Shown: one piece after another, positions 38,189 through 51,797 of the stretch
Position numbering within the stretch: the first letter of the stretch is position 1
Layout: each line of letters begins with the position of its first letter
From: the human T2T-CHM13v2.0 reference genome, Homo sapiens
Length of the DNA stretch: 64,000 nucleotides
Reading direction: 5' to 3' (one strand)
NCBI RefSeq assembly: GCF_009914755.1
Contig: NC_060940.1
Notes under the pieces: generated by a model
The model's input: only the letters and a program-made list of their open reading frames with translations
What the model was told of the DNA's origin: nothing
The model's database searches: none
Made by a program: the position numbers and the translations under genes

Positions 38189-40389
38189 GAAAGTCAGTTG
38201 GAAATAAAAACTACAGTTGGGTAGGCATCATTAAGGCTTTGGGTTTAGGAATCTGATGTTTCTCTCATAAAGGTAAAAAAAAAAGTACTAATTATAACCT
38301 GAAATAAAATAAATGTCAAATGACAGATAAATCTGTACTGTGAAAAAATCAAGTTTTTACAAGGGAAATTCTCACAGGTTATATCAGGACTTTTGTGGTT
38401 TCTGGGGTTCATAAGACCCCAGAGTTTCCTCCTGTGACATTTTTGCTGAAGTTTCTGACACTCTTACTCAATTTCAATGTGGAAAAAATCTGTCTTTGAG
38501 AAATTCAAAATAAAATTGGCCTCCATATTCTTGATTCTAAAACAATTATTCACTCAGTGGTGCTCTGCTGAGGAAGGGCACTGAATCTCACACTCACAGA
38601 AACACCATGTTCTGTCAGATACAGGACTTCTCATTGATCCAGAGCCTCATCACACACACAAGACCAGAGGCTTTCACAGGCATGCACTGCTATGCACCCT
38701 CCCACACAAGCTCAGCCCTGAGCATCTGACTCTGAAGGCGACTAATGAACATGTGCCCTAGTACTCTAATTTATGGGGATTTTGTTTTCTCTTAATGATC
38801 GTTTCCAGAGTTTTAGGGTCTTTCCTGAGTCCACCTACCACACACAGATAGACTGGGAGATTTGGACAGAAGCTTCGATCCTCACTCTAAGCCCTGGCCT
38901 GTCCCATCAGCTTCTCTAGAAGTACAATATTCTAATTACCCCTGAGGGACAACATGTCAGGGCAACTTTCTGTGCCAATAATTTAATAAAACTGAGAATA
39001 GAAACAGGCAAAAATTTCTGCTGAGGGCTGCATCTAAGGATCTACTTGCCAGACTTATATCTCCATTTTACACAAATATTGGCAAATGTAATTTTATCTC
39101 TAGATGAAAAATCAAAGAAGCAACCGCAGTTCACAGAGGAAGGAGAAAATGGAATCAATGTTCTATAGAATCCAGCTTACCTCAGCCATGGAAGTCTTCT
39201 CAGAAAAAAAAGCAATTGTTCTCTATCATCAGAAACAACTGTTGCCTCAGACAGCTGGACACTGAGAGTGCAGGATGTTCACTGGGATTCCATGCCTGCC
39301 TCAAAGAGGAATGGAATTCCCAAGAAAGGTTGAGCACACAGGTCCTGTTCTACCATTTGGTCCAACTAATATTATTCCTCCTCCTGGTCCAACAGGATTC
39401 CCCAACTCTTCTCTGCGTCTCACTAGGGATAGTTCAGAAAGATAAAATGTTATCAATGTCCCTGCATTTCTGTAGTTTTTGGGGTCTAATTTGTTCATTT
39501 TTAGGTTTTGGGTATTTGTTCTCCCTCTACATCCACAAAATTTGTGTGCTATTCCAGTACCTATAAATTTCAGTAGTCATTTTTCTAGACTAGTCACCCA
39601 TACTGTCTTCTAGTCATTTTTTTTCTAGTGGAGCCAGATGATATGTACACAAGAACTTCTATATAAAAGTTCAACATAACTGAGTTGAGTAACACAACCC
39701 CTCTTTGGGCTAGACTGCCATTCAGAGAATGTGCAAACCAAATTTGTCTGGGGTTGCAGTTAAGGAAAAGAAAGACATATCCTTTCCATGAATGGTCAGT
39801 GAGAAATCTCAAAGTTTGAAAACGGTTGCCTATAGACCTCAATGATGTTCTCTTCATCTTGGAGTCAGTCAAGAAGAGATTTTTGGGTTCTGAGGGGAAA
39901 GTCATATTCAATCAACAAATTACCTAGCCAACATTTGTGGACCCAGATAAAAAAAGAAAGTACAATCTAACAATTTGGCCATGTTAATAAAATTAGTGAT
40001 AAAAACTACAATGTGATTAAAATAGAAGTGGTCTCAAAAGCCTAAAAAGTTACAGGAATGAGCTTCAAGGGACACAAGGTGTGGCAAGAGTCAGCTGACT
40101 ATTATGCTAAAGATGTAAATAGCCTTTAGTTTCAATGTGAAAGACCAAACAGTTAGAACATTGGCAATAACCCCAAAACCCTGAGTTCTTACCATTAAGT
40201 GGTGCAACGATCCCTGCTTCAGGTTCTGTGTGGCTGGCAATGAGGTTAGACATCCACAGCAGCCCAGTGAGCACCAAAAGGTGGCAACTTCCTTGACTTG
40301 TCAGTGAAATAAACCAGGCATTTAGGAAATATTTAGTGAATTGAAGACCCCATAGAGCCAGCAGTTTTGCTTCAAACAGTGGAGGGTGG

Positions 40390-40755
40390 TGTATTAGTTT
40401 GTTTTCACCCTGCTGAAAAAGACATACCTAGGACTAGGCAATTTACAAAAGAAAGAGGTTGAATGGACTCACAGTTCCACACGGCTAGGGAGGCCTCACA
40501 ATAGTGGCAAAAGGTGAAAGGCATGTCTCACATGGCAGCAGACAAGAGAAGAGAGAATGAAAGTAAAGTGAAAGGGGTTTCTCCTTATAAAACCATCAGA
40601 TCTCTTGAGACTTATTCATTACCACAAGGACAGTATGGAAAAAATTGCCTGCATGATTCAATTGTCTCCTACCAGGTCCCTCCTACAACACTTGGGAATT
40701 ATGGGAGCTAAAATTCCAGATGAGATTTGGGTGGGGACACAGCCAAACCATATCA
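40390..40755 (-). mobile_element. THE1 MaLR solo LTR, copy 1
   Basis: tgtattagt... through gagatttgggtggggacacagccaaaccatatca is the reverse complement of the THE1 LTR. Confidence 0.9.
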
Positions 40756-41799
40756 AGGGGCATAAAATTTTCACCAAAGAACATAATTTTTCTTTTACAG
40801 CTAATGTTCCTGTGGCATTCCAATTTTCTTTTAGAATATGTTATATTCTAAGTGACCTTCTGATGTCTCATAGAACTCAAATTTACTCACTTCAAAATTG
40901 GAATATCAAGCTGGGAAGCACCAAGCCCTTCATGTGTCAGGATTCAATTTGACAGGAGCTTTGGAGCAAGCTTGTCACTGACTTTCAAATCAGTGTAAGT
41001 AGTAGAGTCAGGGAGATTATGTATCAAAAACTCTAAGGGCCACCTCTAAGGGGAGGCTGACTCCCTCTCTCAGAGGCTTCAAGTGAAAAAAATATCAAGG
41101 ATTCCTTGGCTGCTGGAAGAACTGAGCTATGTAAATCTGCCCACATAATTCCAGTGAATTTTAACTGGAAAACATGACTAGGGGATGTTGGGGATTTTAT
41201 CAGCTACTGGCAGAGAGATGTTATCATTCTAGACAGGAGCATGAAGGCAGATGCTTCTAAATTGGCAGCCAACAGAACCTCACCTACAGAGTTGAACTTT
41301 TTGGACATCAGAGAGTAAAGGCACTCATGATAAATTCTGCCCTGCTACTGTGGCAAATGGCAGGGAAAATTGTCTCACTTACACATTTCTACCTGTTCCT
41401 CACCCAATTTAGAATAATCCCCTCTGGCACTTACGGGGCAGGCAAGGACAAAAGCATCAAACCTGAAAATTGCTACTACAGATTCTGATGTAGAAACACA
41501 ACAGGACATTGATTGAGCTCCAAGAGCTCCACCCCCATTTTATGTGATCTGCCTGCTTTTACTGTCACCCTGCCCAAACAGTATTTGTTGAGTTTTGCTC
41601 TTTGTTTTATTTTATTGTTTACCTTTGTTTTATGTTATCCTCTACATAAACACAGATTAGCAAGTTACACTATCCCCAGGACAAGGGAATACAAAAGACC
41701 AATAAAGGCTGGCACAGGTGTGTGTTGGGGAGAGGACGGGGCAATGGGAAGATGTTATTCTCTTTAAACTTTTCACCCTGAGGTCTGTGCTGTCCTCTC

Positions 41800-43100
41800 A
41801 CATTCATACCTTCCAGCATTTGGAGAGTATTCAGGATCAGAAGCTACCATCTGATGAAGGAGGATGAAGGACTTTATCTGGAGAATGATGTCAAAGGTCA
41901 AAACATGAGCAGGGAGGGTTTCCCCGAGACATCTCTCCTGGGCTTGTAAGTGGCCACCTTCTCTTTCTGTTTTCATGTGGCCATTTCTCTGTATGTACAC
42001 ATTTGTATCCTTATATCCTCTTTCATGGAGACATCAGTTACATTGGATTTGGGCCCACCCTAAGGCCTTCATTTTAAAACTTTTTTATTGTAACTGATAA
42101 AAATTGTCTACATTTATGGTACCGTTTTGAAACATGCACACACTGTGGAATGGTTAACCCAAGCTAATTGGCATATGCATTACCTCACATACCTATCATT
42201 TTTTTGCTGTGAGAACACTCAAAATCTACTGTCTTATCAATGTTCAAGAACAGAGTACATTAAATGTAGTCACCAAATGCAATAAACCTGTTGTATTTAT
42301 TCCTCTTGTCTAACTGAAATTTTGTATAATGTGACCATATCCCCACCACCCCAACTCCACCCCCAAAGACCTCATTTTAATGTAATTACCTCTTTGATGA
42401 AGCTATCTCCCAATGTAGTCACATTCTTTGGTGCTGGGGTGACAGTGTCAACATATGAATTTTGGAAAGCACACAATTCAGCTCTCACAGAAGCCTCTGT
42501 CATGACGTAACACTTACATTGAGATTTCGGTAACCTAGCAACAGAGGGAATGACATGCAAAGATTCTGGGAATAAAATTCCAGGCAGAGAATTCTATTGA
42601 GCAAGGGTTCTGAAATGAGAGTCAACAGTTTGAGTTTGAGAAACCACAGACCAGTGGCATGGGGGAGGGGGCACAGAAAGCAAGGGGAGGAGCTGAACTC
42701 ACAGAGTCTTGGTGAGACATATAAACCTGACTGTGATTTTATTCCCTATGTGGTGAGAAGTCATTGGAGGGTTTTAAGCAAGAGACATGATCAGATTCAG
42801 ATGTTCAAAAGTTTTTTTCAGTTGCTTCATGGAGAATGCATTCTAAAGAGGACAAATATGAAAACAAGGAGCCTTTTGTCACAGGTCAGGTGAAAGTGAT
42901 GGTGGCTTAGACGGGGTGATGTGGAATCAGAATGAAGCAGGTGGATTGGGGATATGTTTGAGCACGAGACTATAGAACCTGTTGATTTGTTGCATGAAAG
43001 GGAAAAGGGTCTTCAAGACTACTGTACAAGTTAGTCAAGTCAGGAGAATTTCCAGAGATGTGGTGGGGCTCCTTACTGAGATAGGAAAGAATGGGAGAAC
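41800..43100. mobile_element. MLT1 LTR (~41800-42075 and ~42365-42490) split by an L1MA 3' fragment (~42080-42350), followed by an L2 fragment (~42540-43100)
   Basis: MLT1 motifs cattggattt/agggcccaccct and caacatatgaattttgg; L1MA motif gcattacctcacatacctatcat; L2 motif cattggagggttttaagcaagag. Confidence 0.65.
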
Positions 43101-43935
43101 AGGCTTTCAGAGAACATTCAAGTGATCTAGCATTTTCCTAAGAGCATGGGTCAGGAAACTTGGTGGTGCCTGGCCATTCTCAGAAGTACTGACACACTCC
43201 TCCCTCTGGGTCATTTTAGCACTGACACCAAGACCCAGGGCACGGAAATTCCCAAATGGGAAAAGGCATGATGCTGTAGAAATGCAAGCGTGGTGATGAG
43301 GTTGGTAGGGCTTTGGAGCATGGCACCTGTGTGACCTAGAAGGAGACCTGCTGCATCTGGTCTGGGTGAGGTCAGTCCTCAGTGCAGTGCAAGTCACACT
43401 TGTGAAATGAATGCAAGCCCTGGCACACGCTGGGTAGCTGGCATGAATTACTATTGGTATTATTATTAATATCTTTGGTGTTATTATTAATATCCTCAGT
43501 ACTGATGGGACATCAGTTCAGCCACTCCAACAAAACCTTCAGAGATATACAAAGGCCCTGAGACAGTCCTCACTCTTCCACACATTTCTCCAGTTTAGTA
43601 GCCAACTGACTCTCACTTCAGCCTTATTGGGTTTTTATGTTAAACTAGTGGCTCTAGGTATGTCCCAAAGGCTCTGAGCAGTGTGTGGGTTGTGTTCTGT
43701 CTACCCCAGGCCCTTGACAGGATGAGGGGCAGGGAGGAGGTGGCAGCTGTAGACCCACGGAGACAGTGGCACGAGCAGGTTTTCCCCCACATGCAAGGCT
43801 GCTTCTTTTTGCTTGTTCAATAAATAGAAGCCCACTCAGTCTCACAAAGTTTGCTTCCAAGTGAGACAATAAACATTTTGTCCATAGCTGTATTTTTCTA
43901 CTGTTGACAACAGATGAAACTAAGAAAGTCAAGTA

Positions 43936-44540
43936 CAGTATCCCCTCCTGTCTGCAGGGACTATGTATGTTCCAAGACTCCCCCACTGAATGGCTGAAAC
44001 CAAGGATAGTACTACACCTTACATATACTATGGACAAATTTCTTTTTGCTGCTTCACAATTTCACAATTTGTTCTTACAATCTTGTTCTTACAAGATTTG
44101 TTCTTACAATAGACATTACCAACCTCAACCTACAAGATTGTTTTTCTTTCCTCATTAAGTTGAGAAGTTTTGGGTTTTCATTTTAATAAAAGCACTTTAT
44201 GGCTTTTCTTTGGCATATCTGAATTACTCTGTGCTTTGGAATCATCATGAAGCAAAATAAGCGTTCATTGAACCCATGCACTATGATAACACAGCAGTCG
44301 ATCTGATAACTGAGACAGCTACTAAAGTGACTAATCAGCAGGTAGTGGGTACAGTGTGAAAATACTGGACAAAGAGATGATTCACATCCTGGGAGGGTGG
44401 GAGACTTCATCAAGCTACTCAGAATTGGTGAGCAATTTAAAATTTGAGTTGTTTACTTCTTGAAATATCTATATAGTATTTTCAGACTGCAGGTAACTGA
44501 GACCACAGAAAGCAAAACAGCCGATAATGGGGGACTACCG
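43936..44540. mobile_element. MER44-like (TcMar-Tigger) DNA transposon
   Basis: Degenerate terminal inverted repeats cagta.tcccc ... gggggactaccg, flanked by TA. Confidence 0.75.
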
Positions 44541-44757
44541 TATCAGTGTTCTCTTGGAGTACCATAGACAAAATTATACTGTCCAAACTAATGACCATTC
44601 ATTCATCTACTACTGTTTATTGAGCACCTCCTAAGTGTCAGACGCATGCTGATGTGTCAATAAAGCGGGAGTGTCACTTTGCCTCCCATGGGGCTTTTGA
44701 GCTTCACTGTGCTAGGTTTTGGGGTACCTGCCTCCCAGTCACCCACCTGACTTGCAG

Positions 44758-47700
44758 AAATGCAGGCCTGAGTCCAGCCAACAAGAGCAGTTGGTCATCT
44801 TCAGCACTTGGTTTGATGAAGCCACTCTCTTGTTCAACAATGGCACAGGACTGGTTTTCTGGATCACATCTTTGTGGGGCCTCTGCAGCTGTGAGTGCTG
44901 GATGCCTCCGAGCAGGACACTGGGACCTATAGCTGTCAGGGCTCACCCCATGCATGCAGTGCCCTTTCATTGTCTATGTGACAGGTGAGTGCTTTTTTTT
45001 CTTTTGAGACATGGTCTCACTCTGTCACTCAGGCTGGAGTGCAGGGGCACAGTCATGGCTCACTGAAGCCTTGACCTACTGGGCTCAAGTGATCCTTCCA
45101 CCTAAGCCTTCTAGCTGGGACTACAGGCATGTACCACCATGGACAGCTAATTTTTTTTTTTTTTTTTTGAGACAGAGTCTCGCTCTGTCGTCTTGGCTGG
45201 AGTGCAGTGGTGTGATCTCGGATCACTGCAAGCTCCGCCTCCCTGGTTCACGCCATTCTCCTGCCTCAGCCTCCTGAGTAGCTGGGACTACAAGTGCCCA
45301 CCACCACGCCTGGCTAATTTTTTTGTATTTTTAATAGAGACGGGGTTTCACCGTATTAGCCAGGATGGTCTCAATCTCCTGACCTCGTGATCCGCCCGCC
45401 TCGGCCTCCCAAAGTGCTGGGATTACAGGCATGAGCCACCACGCCTGGCTATGGCCAGCTAATTTTAATAAATTTTTTGCAGAGAGAGGGTTTCGTCATG
45501 TTACCCAGGCTGGTCTTGAACTCTTGGGCTCAAGCAAGCCACGGCTTCAGCCTCCCAAAGTGCTGAGATTGTAGGTGTGAGCCACGCGCCTGGCCATGAG
45601 TGCCTTGGGGCTGCATGAGGCTGGATGGAAGGGGTCAGGGCCACTGAGTTCCCTGAGTGGGTGCATGGCCAGGAGCTGCTGGGGTTCTCAGGAGCTGTGT
45701 CTCCAGCACCCCTCCTCTGAGGGTCTCCCTGATCATTGGTAAATAGGAAATCACCCCAGGACATAATGCCTGAAAAAGGGGTTCCAGCCCTACCTGTGAG
45801 GTGCACCTGGGGTTCTCCTGGGGCAGATCAAAGACTGAGTTCCAGACAGAAAGCCTCTGCCCCCAGCTGAGAAGCAGCAGGCATCTGGATGTGGGCCGTC
45901 CTGGGGCCACTGCCCACTCCCACCCTCTCCTGCACTGCAGATGCTCCATCTTCAGGAGGTGAAGAAGATGGGAGGACCAAGCTAAGACACTGGCGAGACC
46001 AGATTCCAGGCACACTGATTGACCAGGAGTGGGGCCTGCTTCCCTCCCAACTAGCCCTGTCCTCAAGTGGCAGGGGAGGGACTGAGGCCTGGGGATGACC
46101 TTACTGGGGTCACTCAATGGTTGGCATTCCCTCAGGATGGAGGTGTGGCTGGGCCATCCAGATGGCCCTGGATGCTTTGTCCTAGGCTCTGGGTGGCCAG
46201 CTGAGGGTGGGAGGAGACCCCCATGATGCAGAGGGGTGAGATTAAGGCACAGGCCACTGGGGTTCAAGGAGCAGTGAGGAGGTCAGGACTGGCCTGTGGG
46301 GACTTTGATGTTGGCTCTGGGTGAGGTGGCTACTGCAGGTGTGAGCACAGCAGTTGGCAGGGACTCAGGTGGCTGCTGTGGGACAGATGGACAGAGGGGT
46401 TAAGACATCAGGAGATGAAAGCTACAGCCCAGCAAGAGAGGAAGGTGGCTCTGGGGGCTGTGAAAGGGGTGCCAACAGCATTTTTGGGGAATGAGCTGTG
46501 GGTGTGAGAGAGCAGTCAGGGGGACAATGCCCAGATATTCTGACTTGGGACAGCGGAGGGTGGAGGGGTCTGTCAGGCAGCTGGGGCTTCTGGTTTCAGA
46601 GGAGCCCAGAGATGTGCTCATACAGATGAGGGTCCTCATGGGATGGACATGGAAGGGGCAGCTACAAACTGGGGACCAATGGTGGTGGGCTGAGCCCTTG
46701 GGACCTCTGGGGTGAGCAGGCAAGAAAGTGAGGAAGAATCAGCCAGGGAGACAGAGGCAGAGGAAAGTAGACCTCAGGAGAGGAGCAGACCCAGGAAGAG
46801 GACGAAAATTTCTGCTCACCTGCCCCATTGGCCTCTGCCTTTGCCCACATACCCTAGGACCCTCACCCTGAGTCTCTGCTTGCCTCTGCCTACCTGGCCA
46901 TTCCAGGCAGGTGTGGGCTTGAGCTGTGGGGGTAACTGAAGGGCCACTTTCAGAAGGCACAGTCTAGAAGTGGGCAGCGTTGTCATAGTCATCTCCTAGT
47001 CATGGGAACAGCCTCTGCCACAGCCCAGTGAGCTGTCTTCATAACCCAGGGGCTTCCTTTCACCACCCCTGGAGGCCTGGAGGGCAGCTCAGAGCTGTGA
47101 GGGTTGCCTCTTCCCAGTATCTCTCTACACTGCTCCTGCCTGTGCCTAAGCATCCTCCTCCAAGAAGTAGGCCTATTGCTGCACGTGAATGGTGAGGAGG
47201 TCACCGTGGGAAAGGAGCTCCCTCCTTTCTCCTTCCTGGGCCCCTGGTGCCTCTCTCCTGGGGGATAAGGCAATCCAGCCTACCCATGAGTCCATGCAGG
47301 AAGGCAGCCCAACCCCAGCCCCCAAAAAGAAGAAAACTCATTGAGGTGTAAGGGAGGGAATGGTGACAGCCCTGGACACTAGGACAAAAAAGAGCTGATG
47401 CCTCCAGGAGGCCATCTTCACCTGTGCATGCCAGGCCGTGAAGCTCTGCGGGGGTGGCTTAGGGGCACAGAGGCTTGCGGGCCAAGGCTTCTCAGCTGCT
47501 TCTGAGGCTCCCAGTCCTTCAAGGGGCTGGATTTCCCCTCCTGGTAAACCGCTCCCAATGCCTGTCCTGGCTCATTCACTTAGCTGGGCTACTTGCCCGG
47601 CCTCTTTCCTGGTGAGCCTTCTGAATGTGCCACCCTGGGCAGGTGAGGACTCCCCAGGAGACTCCATTATTCCCTGAGGCTTTCAGGCCTGGACGAAGCA

Positions 47701-48573
47701 CCCTGACTTCTCAGCAGGAGCAGCCACTTGGGGGAAGCAGAGGAAATGGGAGGGGACACATGGCCCAGCTCTGAGCATGACTGGGTGGGGACATCATGTT
47801 GAAGTTCCTGGGAGCCTCATGCAGCCCAGGAAGAGGCCCTTGAAAGGCCAAAAAGCTCTCTATACAGGAGGGAAAACTGAAGCTTGGGGTGGGCAGGGGC
47901 GGCCTTGAATTGGGGGTCTGGTCAGAAGGGCCTCTGCTCCTCACCTCAGCTATGGCCTTCACATGAACTTCCACCAGCAGAGGCCCCTAACTGGACTTGG
48001 CCCCAGTGGATGGACAGGAAATTGCCTACCATGCTGGCCACGCTAACTAACTTTCACTGCCTGGCTACTGGCAACCCCACTCTTTCCATCTCCTGGCTGA
48101 AAAACCACAACAGTTCTAAGGAGAGCATCACATCAGGACATCGAGGTGGCCCTGGAAGTTGGTGAGAGTGTGGCCTGAATGTGGAAGGTGGGACCTGTCT
48201 TCCATTTATCTGCACTTCCACCTGGAGCTGTGGCACCAGCAATAGAGCCTGGTCATGAAGTGTGGCACCCTCAGACTGCTGTCGCTCACCTCTGTGATGG
48301 AGAACAAGTTCAGCAGCCCTCAGTAGACATGCATGCTGGGCATCTGGGTGAGGGCTGTGACACATGGGCAGGGGGCAGGAAGGTGGGCAGCCTCTGAGGC
48401 CCCATTCATTCTCTCAATGTGCTCTCCTGACCATACCTTTCTACCCACAGGCTTCTGGCCAACCAGACCCAGCAAGGTGGAGTTCCACTGCAAAGCACAC
48501 GGCAACTTAGTATGTGGAGGTAAACAGCAGCAAGGTGGGTGACAATGGCATGCCCTATGTCACTGTGCTGAGG
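44758..48573 (+). pseudogene. FGFR3P: Unprocessed FGFR3 pseudogene fragment: Ig-I exon 44758-44984, acid-box exon 45941-45992, Ig-II exons 47981-48145 and 48228-48347, Ig-IIIa exon ~48418-48573
   Basis: PESSQQEQLV..NGTGLV..VGPLQL*VLDASEQDTGTYSC; DAPSSGGEEDG; APNWTWPQWMDRKL..GNPTLSISWLKN; LWHQQ*SLVM..VMENKF; ANQT..VEFHCK..SKVGDNGMPYVTVL. Correct exon order, mostly AG/GT-bounded, with two short introns (82 and ~70 bp). Confidence 0.92.
44993..45595 (-). mobile_element. Nested Alus: AluY-like (45151-45450) inserted in the linker of an older AluJ-like element
   Basis: Direct repeat atgg(a/c)cagctaatttt at 45139 and 45451; AluY diagnostic ctgcaagctccgcctcc..ttcacgccattctcc. Confidence 0.9.
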
Positions 48574-49071
48574 GGAGATGCTATTGCTTGCCAGGAGCAT
48601 GGGGATGGCAGGCCCGGGGCTCCACTTCACTAAACTCTACCATCATCATAGAATATTTGGAGTAGCCTATGAAAGACAGTATCATGTCATCAGCCAGGAG
48701 ACAAAATCCTCTTGATCAGCTCTCCTGGATATAAACTTGGTGCTGGTTCATTTAGCATCTGCTATGAACCAGTGTCTACAATTAGAGGCAGTTTTTCCTA
48801 CAGAAAGATCATATGAGTCATATGAGTCATAAAAGTGGGAAGCACTTCTGTTAGTATTGTCTCTCAAAATTCATTCAAAACATTTGCTTCTGCCTTTGCA
48901 ACTTTATGTTCTCTGAATTCCCTCACTGAGTAAAAACCTCCTTGATGAGCTTATAATCAATCTCACATATTTAACAATGTGGGTTTCATCTTAAATTCCA
49001 CTATAAAATATGGAACAAAATCTATTTGATTTATAGTAGATGTAAAACAAAAAATTAGGATGGGCTATTCT

Positions 49072-50018
49072 TGTGGGCAGCAAGCCACCCAGGTGCTGAG
49101 CCAAGAGATAGAAAGCACAAGTTGTTCCAGTATAATAAAGAAAATATAGAGAATAAGAATAGTCATACTAGAAATAGAATATAGATATGATTATATATGA
49201 ATATTATTATTATTAGTTTGTAGCATTACTCTTTATTCCAATATTATAATAATGTCCGTTCTACAATTATAACCTAGGAAAGACCAGGCCATACAGAGAT
49301 AGGAGCTGAAGGGTGATAAGTGACCAGAAGAGTGTGAGCCCTCAGTTATGCCCAGACATGGCCACTAGAGGGCTCCTTGGTCTAGCGGTAACGCCAGTGC
49401 CTGGGAAGGCACCGGTTACTTAGCAGACCGGCAAAGGGAGTCTCCCTTTCCCTGGGAGAGTTGGGGAAGACTCTGCTCCACCACTTCTTGTGGAAGGCCT
49501 GACATGAGTCAGGCCCGCCCGCAGTCATCCAGAGGCCTAAACCTCTTCCTGTGGTGCTGTGCTTCAGCTGTCACGCTCCTGGTCCACTTTCATGTTCCGC
49601 CCTGTACGTCTGGCTCCACCTTCTAGAAAGCAGTAGCAGAATTAGTGAAAGTATTAAAGTATTTGATCTCTCCGAGAAATACATAAAAGAAATAATGAAT
49701 ATGTCCTAAGCTGTCCCCTCTCTCCGCCTCGGCTACCAAATAAGGAAGGGCCCCCTGTCCGGTGGACACGTGACTCACGTGACCTTACCTATCATTGGAG
49801 ACAACTCACACTCCTTACCCTTCCCTCTTGCCTTGTATACGATAAATAACGGCGCGACCGGGCATTCAGGGCCACTACCAGTCTCCGCGCGTTGGTGGTA
49901 GTGGTCCTACGGGCCCAGCTGTCTTTTCTTCTGTTTGTCTTGTGTCTTTATTTCTACGATCTCTTGTCTCCGCACAGGAAGAGAAAAGCCCACAGGCCCT
50001 GTAGGGCTGGACCCTACA
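49072..50018 (+). mobile_element. LTR13-like (ERVK-class) solo LTR
   Basis: Begins tgtgggcagcaagccacccagg..gttccagtataataaa and ends gctggaccctaca; ~950 bp with a CpG-rich 3' part. Confidence 0.85.
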
Positions 50019-50245
50019 TACTTGGGACACGTAGAATTAGTTCCTTTTATATTTATCAGTTTTCTACCAACCTGTATTTATTACAATAAAAATAATGCTA
50101 AAATATGTTTATCTTATTGCGTGGAGTTGAAATGGACACACTTGATAACAGAATATTAACTAAATGAACAATGAAGCCTATTTTTTTCAGTTTTTTAAAA
50201 ATTTATTTTTAAAAAGTTTTTTTCCAGTGTAAAACTGCACTTGAT

Positions 50246-50338
50246 TAAATCTACTCCTAATCTACCCCTAAATCTACTCCTAAATCTACTCCTAATCTAC
50301 TCCTAAATCTACTCCTAATCTACTCCTAAATCTACTCT
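50246..50338 (+). repeat. Tandem repeat TA(A)ATCTACTCC, ~8 copies of an 11-12 bp unit
   Basis: Directly visible; sits at the edge of an old L1 fragment (~50340-50860). Confidence 0.9.
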
Positions 50339-50894
50339 TTCTTTTTCATACATATACAAATGGAATTGTTTTCTTAATTTTATTTTCAGGTTGGTCATGG
50401 TAGTATATAAAATACAATTGAACTTTGTATATTGATTTTATATATTGTGACCATGCTGAACTCATTTATTGGTTTTAGTGGGTTTTAATGAATTTCTTGT
50501 AAATTTTTATATTCAAGTTATGTTATCTACAATGATAGACATTTCTAACCTCTTATTTTCCCACATGGAGGACTGTGTTTATTTTTCTTATGTAATTTCT
50601 TTGGATGTTAACCTTTTCCTCTTGTTCTCAAATGTCATGACACAACAACCAGTATTTTATTATTATGGGGTTAGCTGTAAGTTTTTCATTGATGCCCTTC
50701 AGCAGATCTAGGAAGTTTCCTTATACTCCTCCTTTCCAGGGAGACTAATTGTGAAGGAATATTGAATTGGTCAAATGCTCACTGTGTCTGTTGAAAGGAT
50801 CTTTCTGTTACTTTCCTTTATCCTATTATTTTGTGTAATGCATTGATTGATTATTGGATAGGTCAACAATTCAGTGTCTGTCTGTCTATCACCT

Positions 50895-51797
50895 GAGAAA
50901 ATGATTTGGAGCATACTGTTTGAATCCTGAAGTTGGAGTCAGTAAATTTCATGCAGAAATTTATTTTGACCATGACTTAACGAAGTTATGTCCTTGTAGA
51001 TAAAGGCAGTCAAAATGGAACAATTGTTCATGGAAAACAGATGGTTCAGCTGCAAACTAAATGTGACCCTTATGTCCTTGAGCATAGACATGAAGTGAAA
51101 ATTGGAGAGACTGTGTTACCCTTTCACATTCACCCTGGCAGCGATACTTGTGATGGCTGCGAGCCACGGCATGGTAGAGCTCACCTTTGCCTTGATAAGA
51201 AAGATGAATTGTTTACTGGTCCAACACTGAGTAAGGAGAAAAAAAGAGTTGGGAATAAGAAAATAATTAAAGAAAATACGAGTAAAATATGGTTTCAGAA
51301 TACAGACTATGAAGATGAATAGACATGGAAGAATCTAAAATATAAAGATAGAGCTGGAAAACATATGGAGCAGATTGGAAGTTAAACAACTTTCAAAAAG
51401 ATGATGCTCCTGCATCTGTTTCTTCTGAAACTACTGACAGCAACAAAGGTCAGAAGATGTTGGAGAAGATGGATTAGAAAAAAAGAGAGGGTCTGGGAAA
51501 GGATGGCGGGGAATGAAAACTCCAATTCAGCTTCAACTTCAGCCTCAGTGAACACATTAGGCGTGGGGACATGCAATCCATACTCAATTGAAGATGTTCA
51601 CATTTTCCAAAACAAAAGCAAACAAACTGTGACAAAGCATGAGATAGGTTTGCTGAAAACTTCCCAGAAATGAAACCTTAAAGAGAAGACCTAGGGACCA
51701 CACCTTGGGTAAAAGGGACTGTAGAGTGAGGTTAATCATAGAAGAAAACTCAAGCTTTAAAAAAATAGAGTTTGGAAACTCTTATTTATTTTATTTT
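50895..51797 (+). pseudogene. AGGF1P: AGGF1 processed pseudogene fragment, second copy (stop at 51727-51729)
   Basis: QLQTKCDPYVLEHRHEVKIGETVLPFHIHPGSDTCDGCEP..GPTLSKE; ends PWVKGTVE-stop; frameshifts and stops. Confidence 0.92.

Noticed and set aside
45635-46267. 210-aa minus-strand ORF
   Set aside because: Antisense to GC-rich FGFR3P intron/exon sequence, non-ATG start, no recognisable domain.
49060-50030. Target-site duplication around the LTR13-like element
   Set aside because: Flanks (tattct versus tacttg) do not match well enough to claim one.
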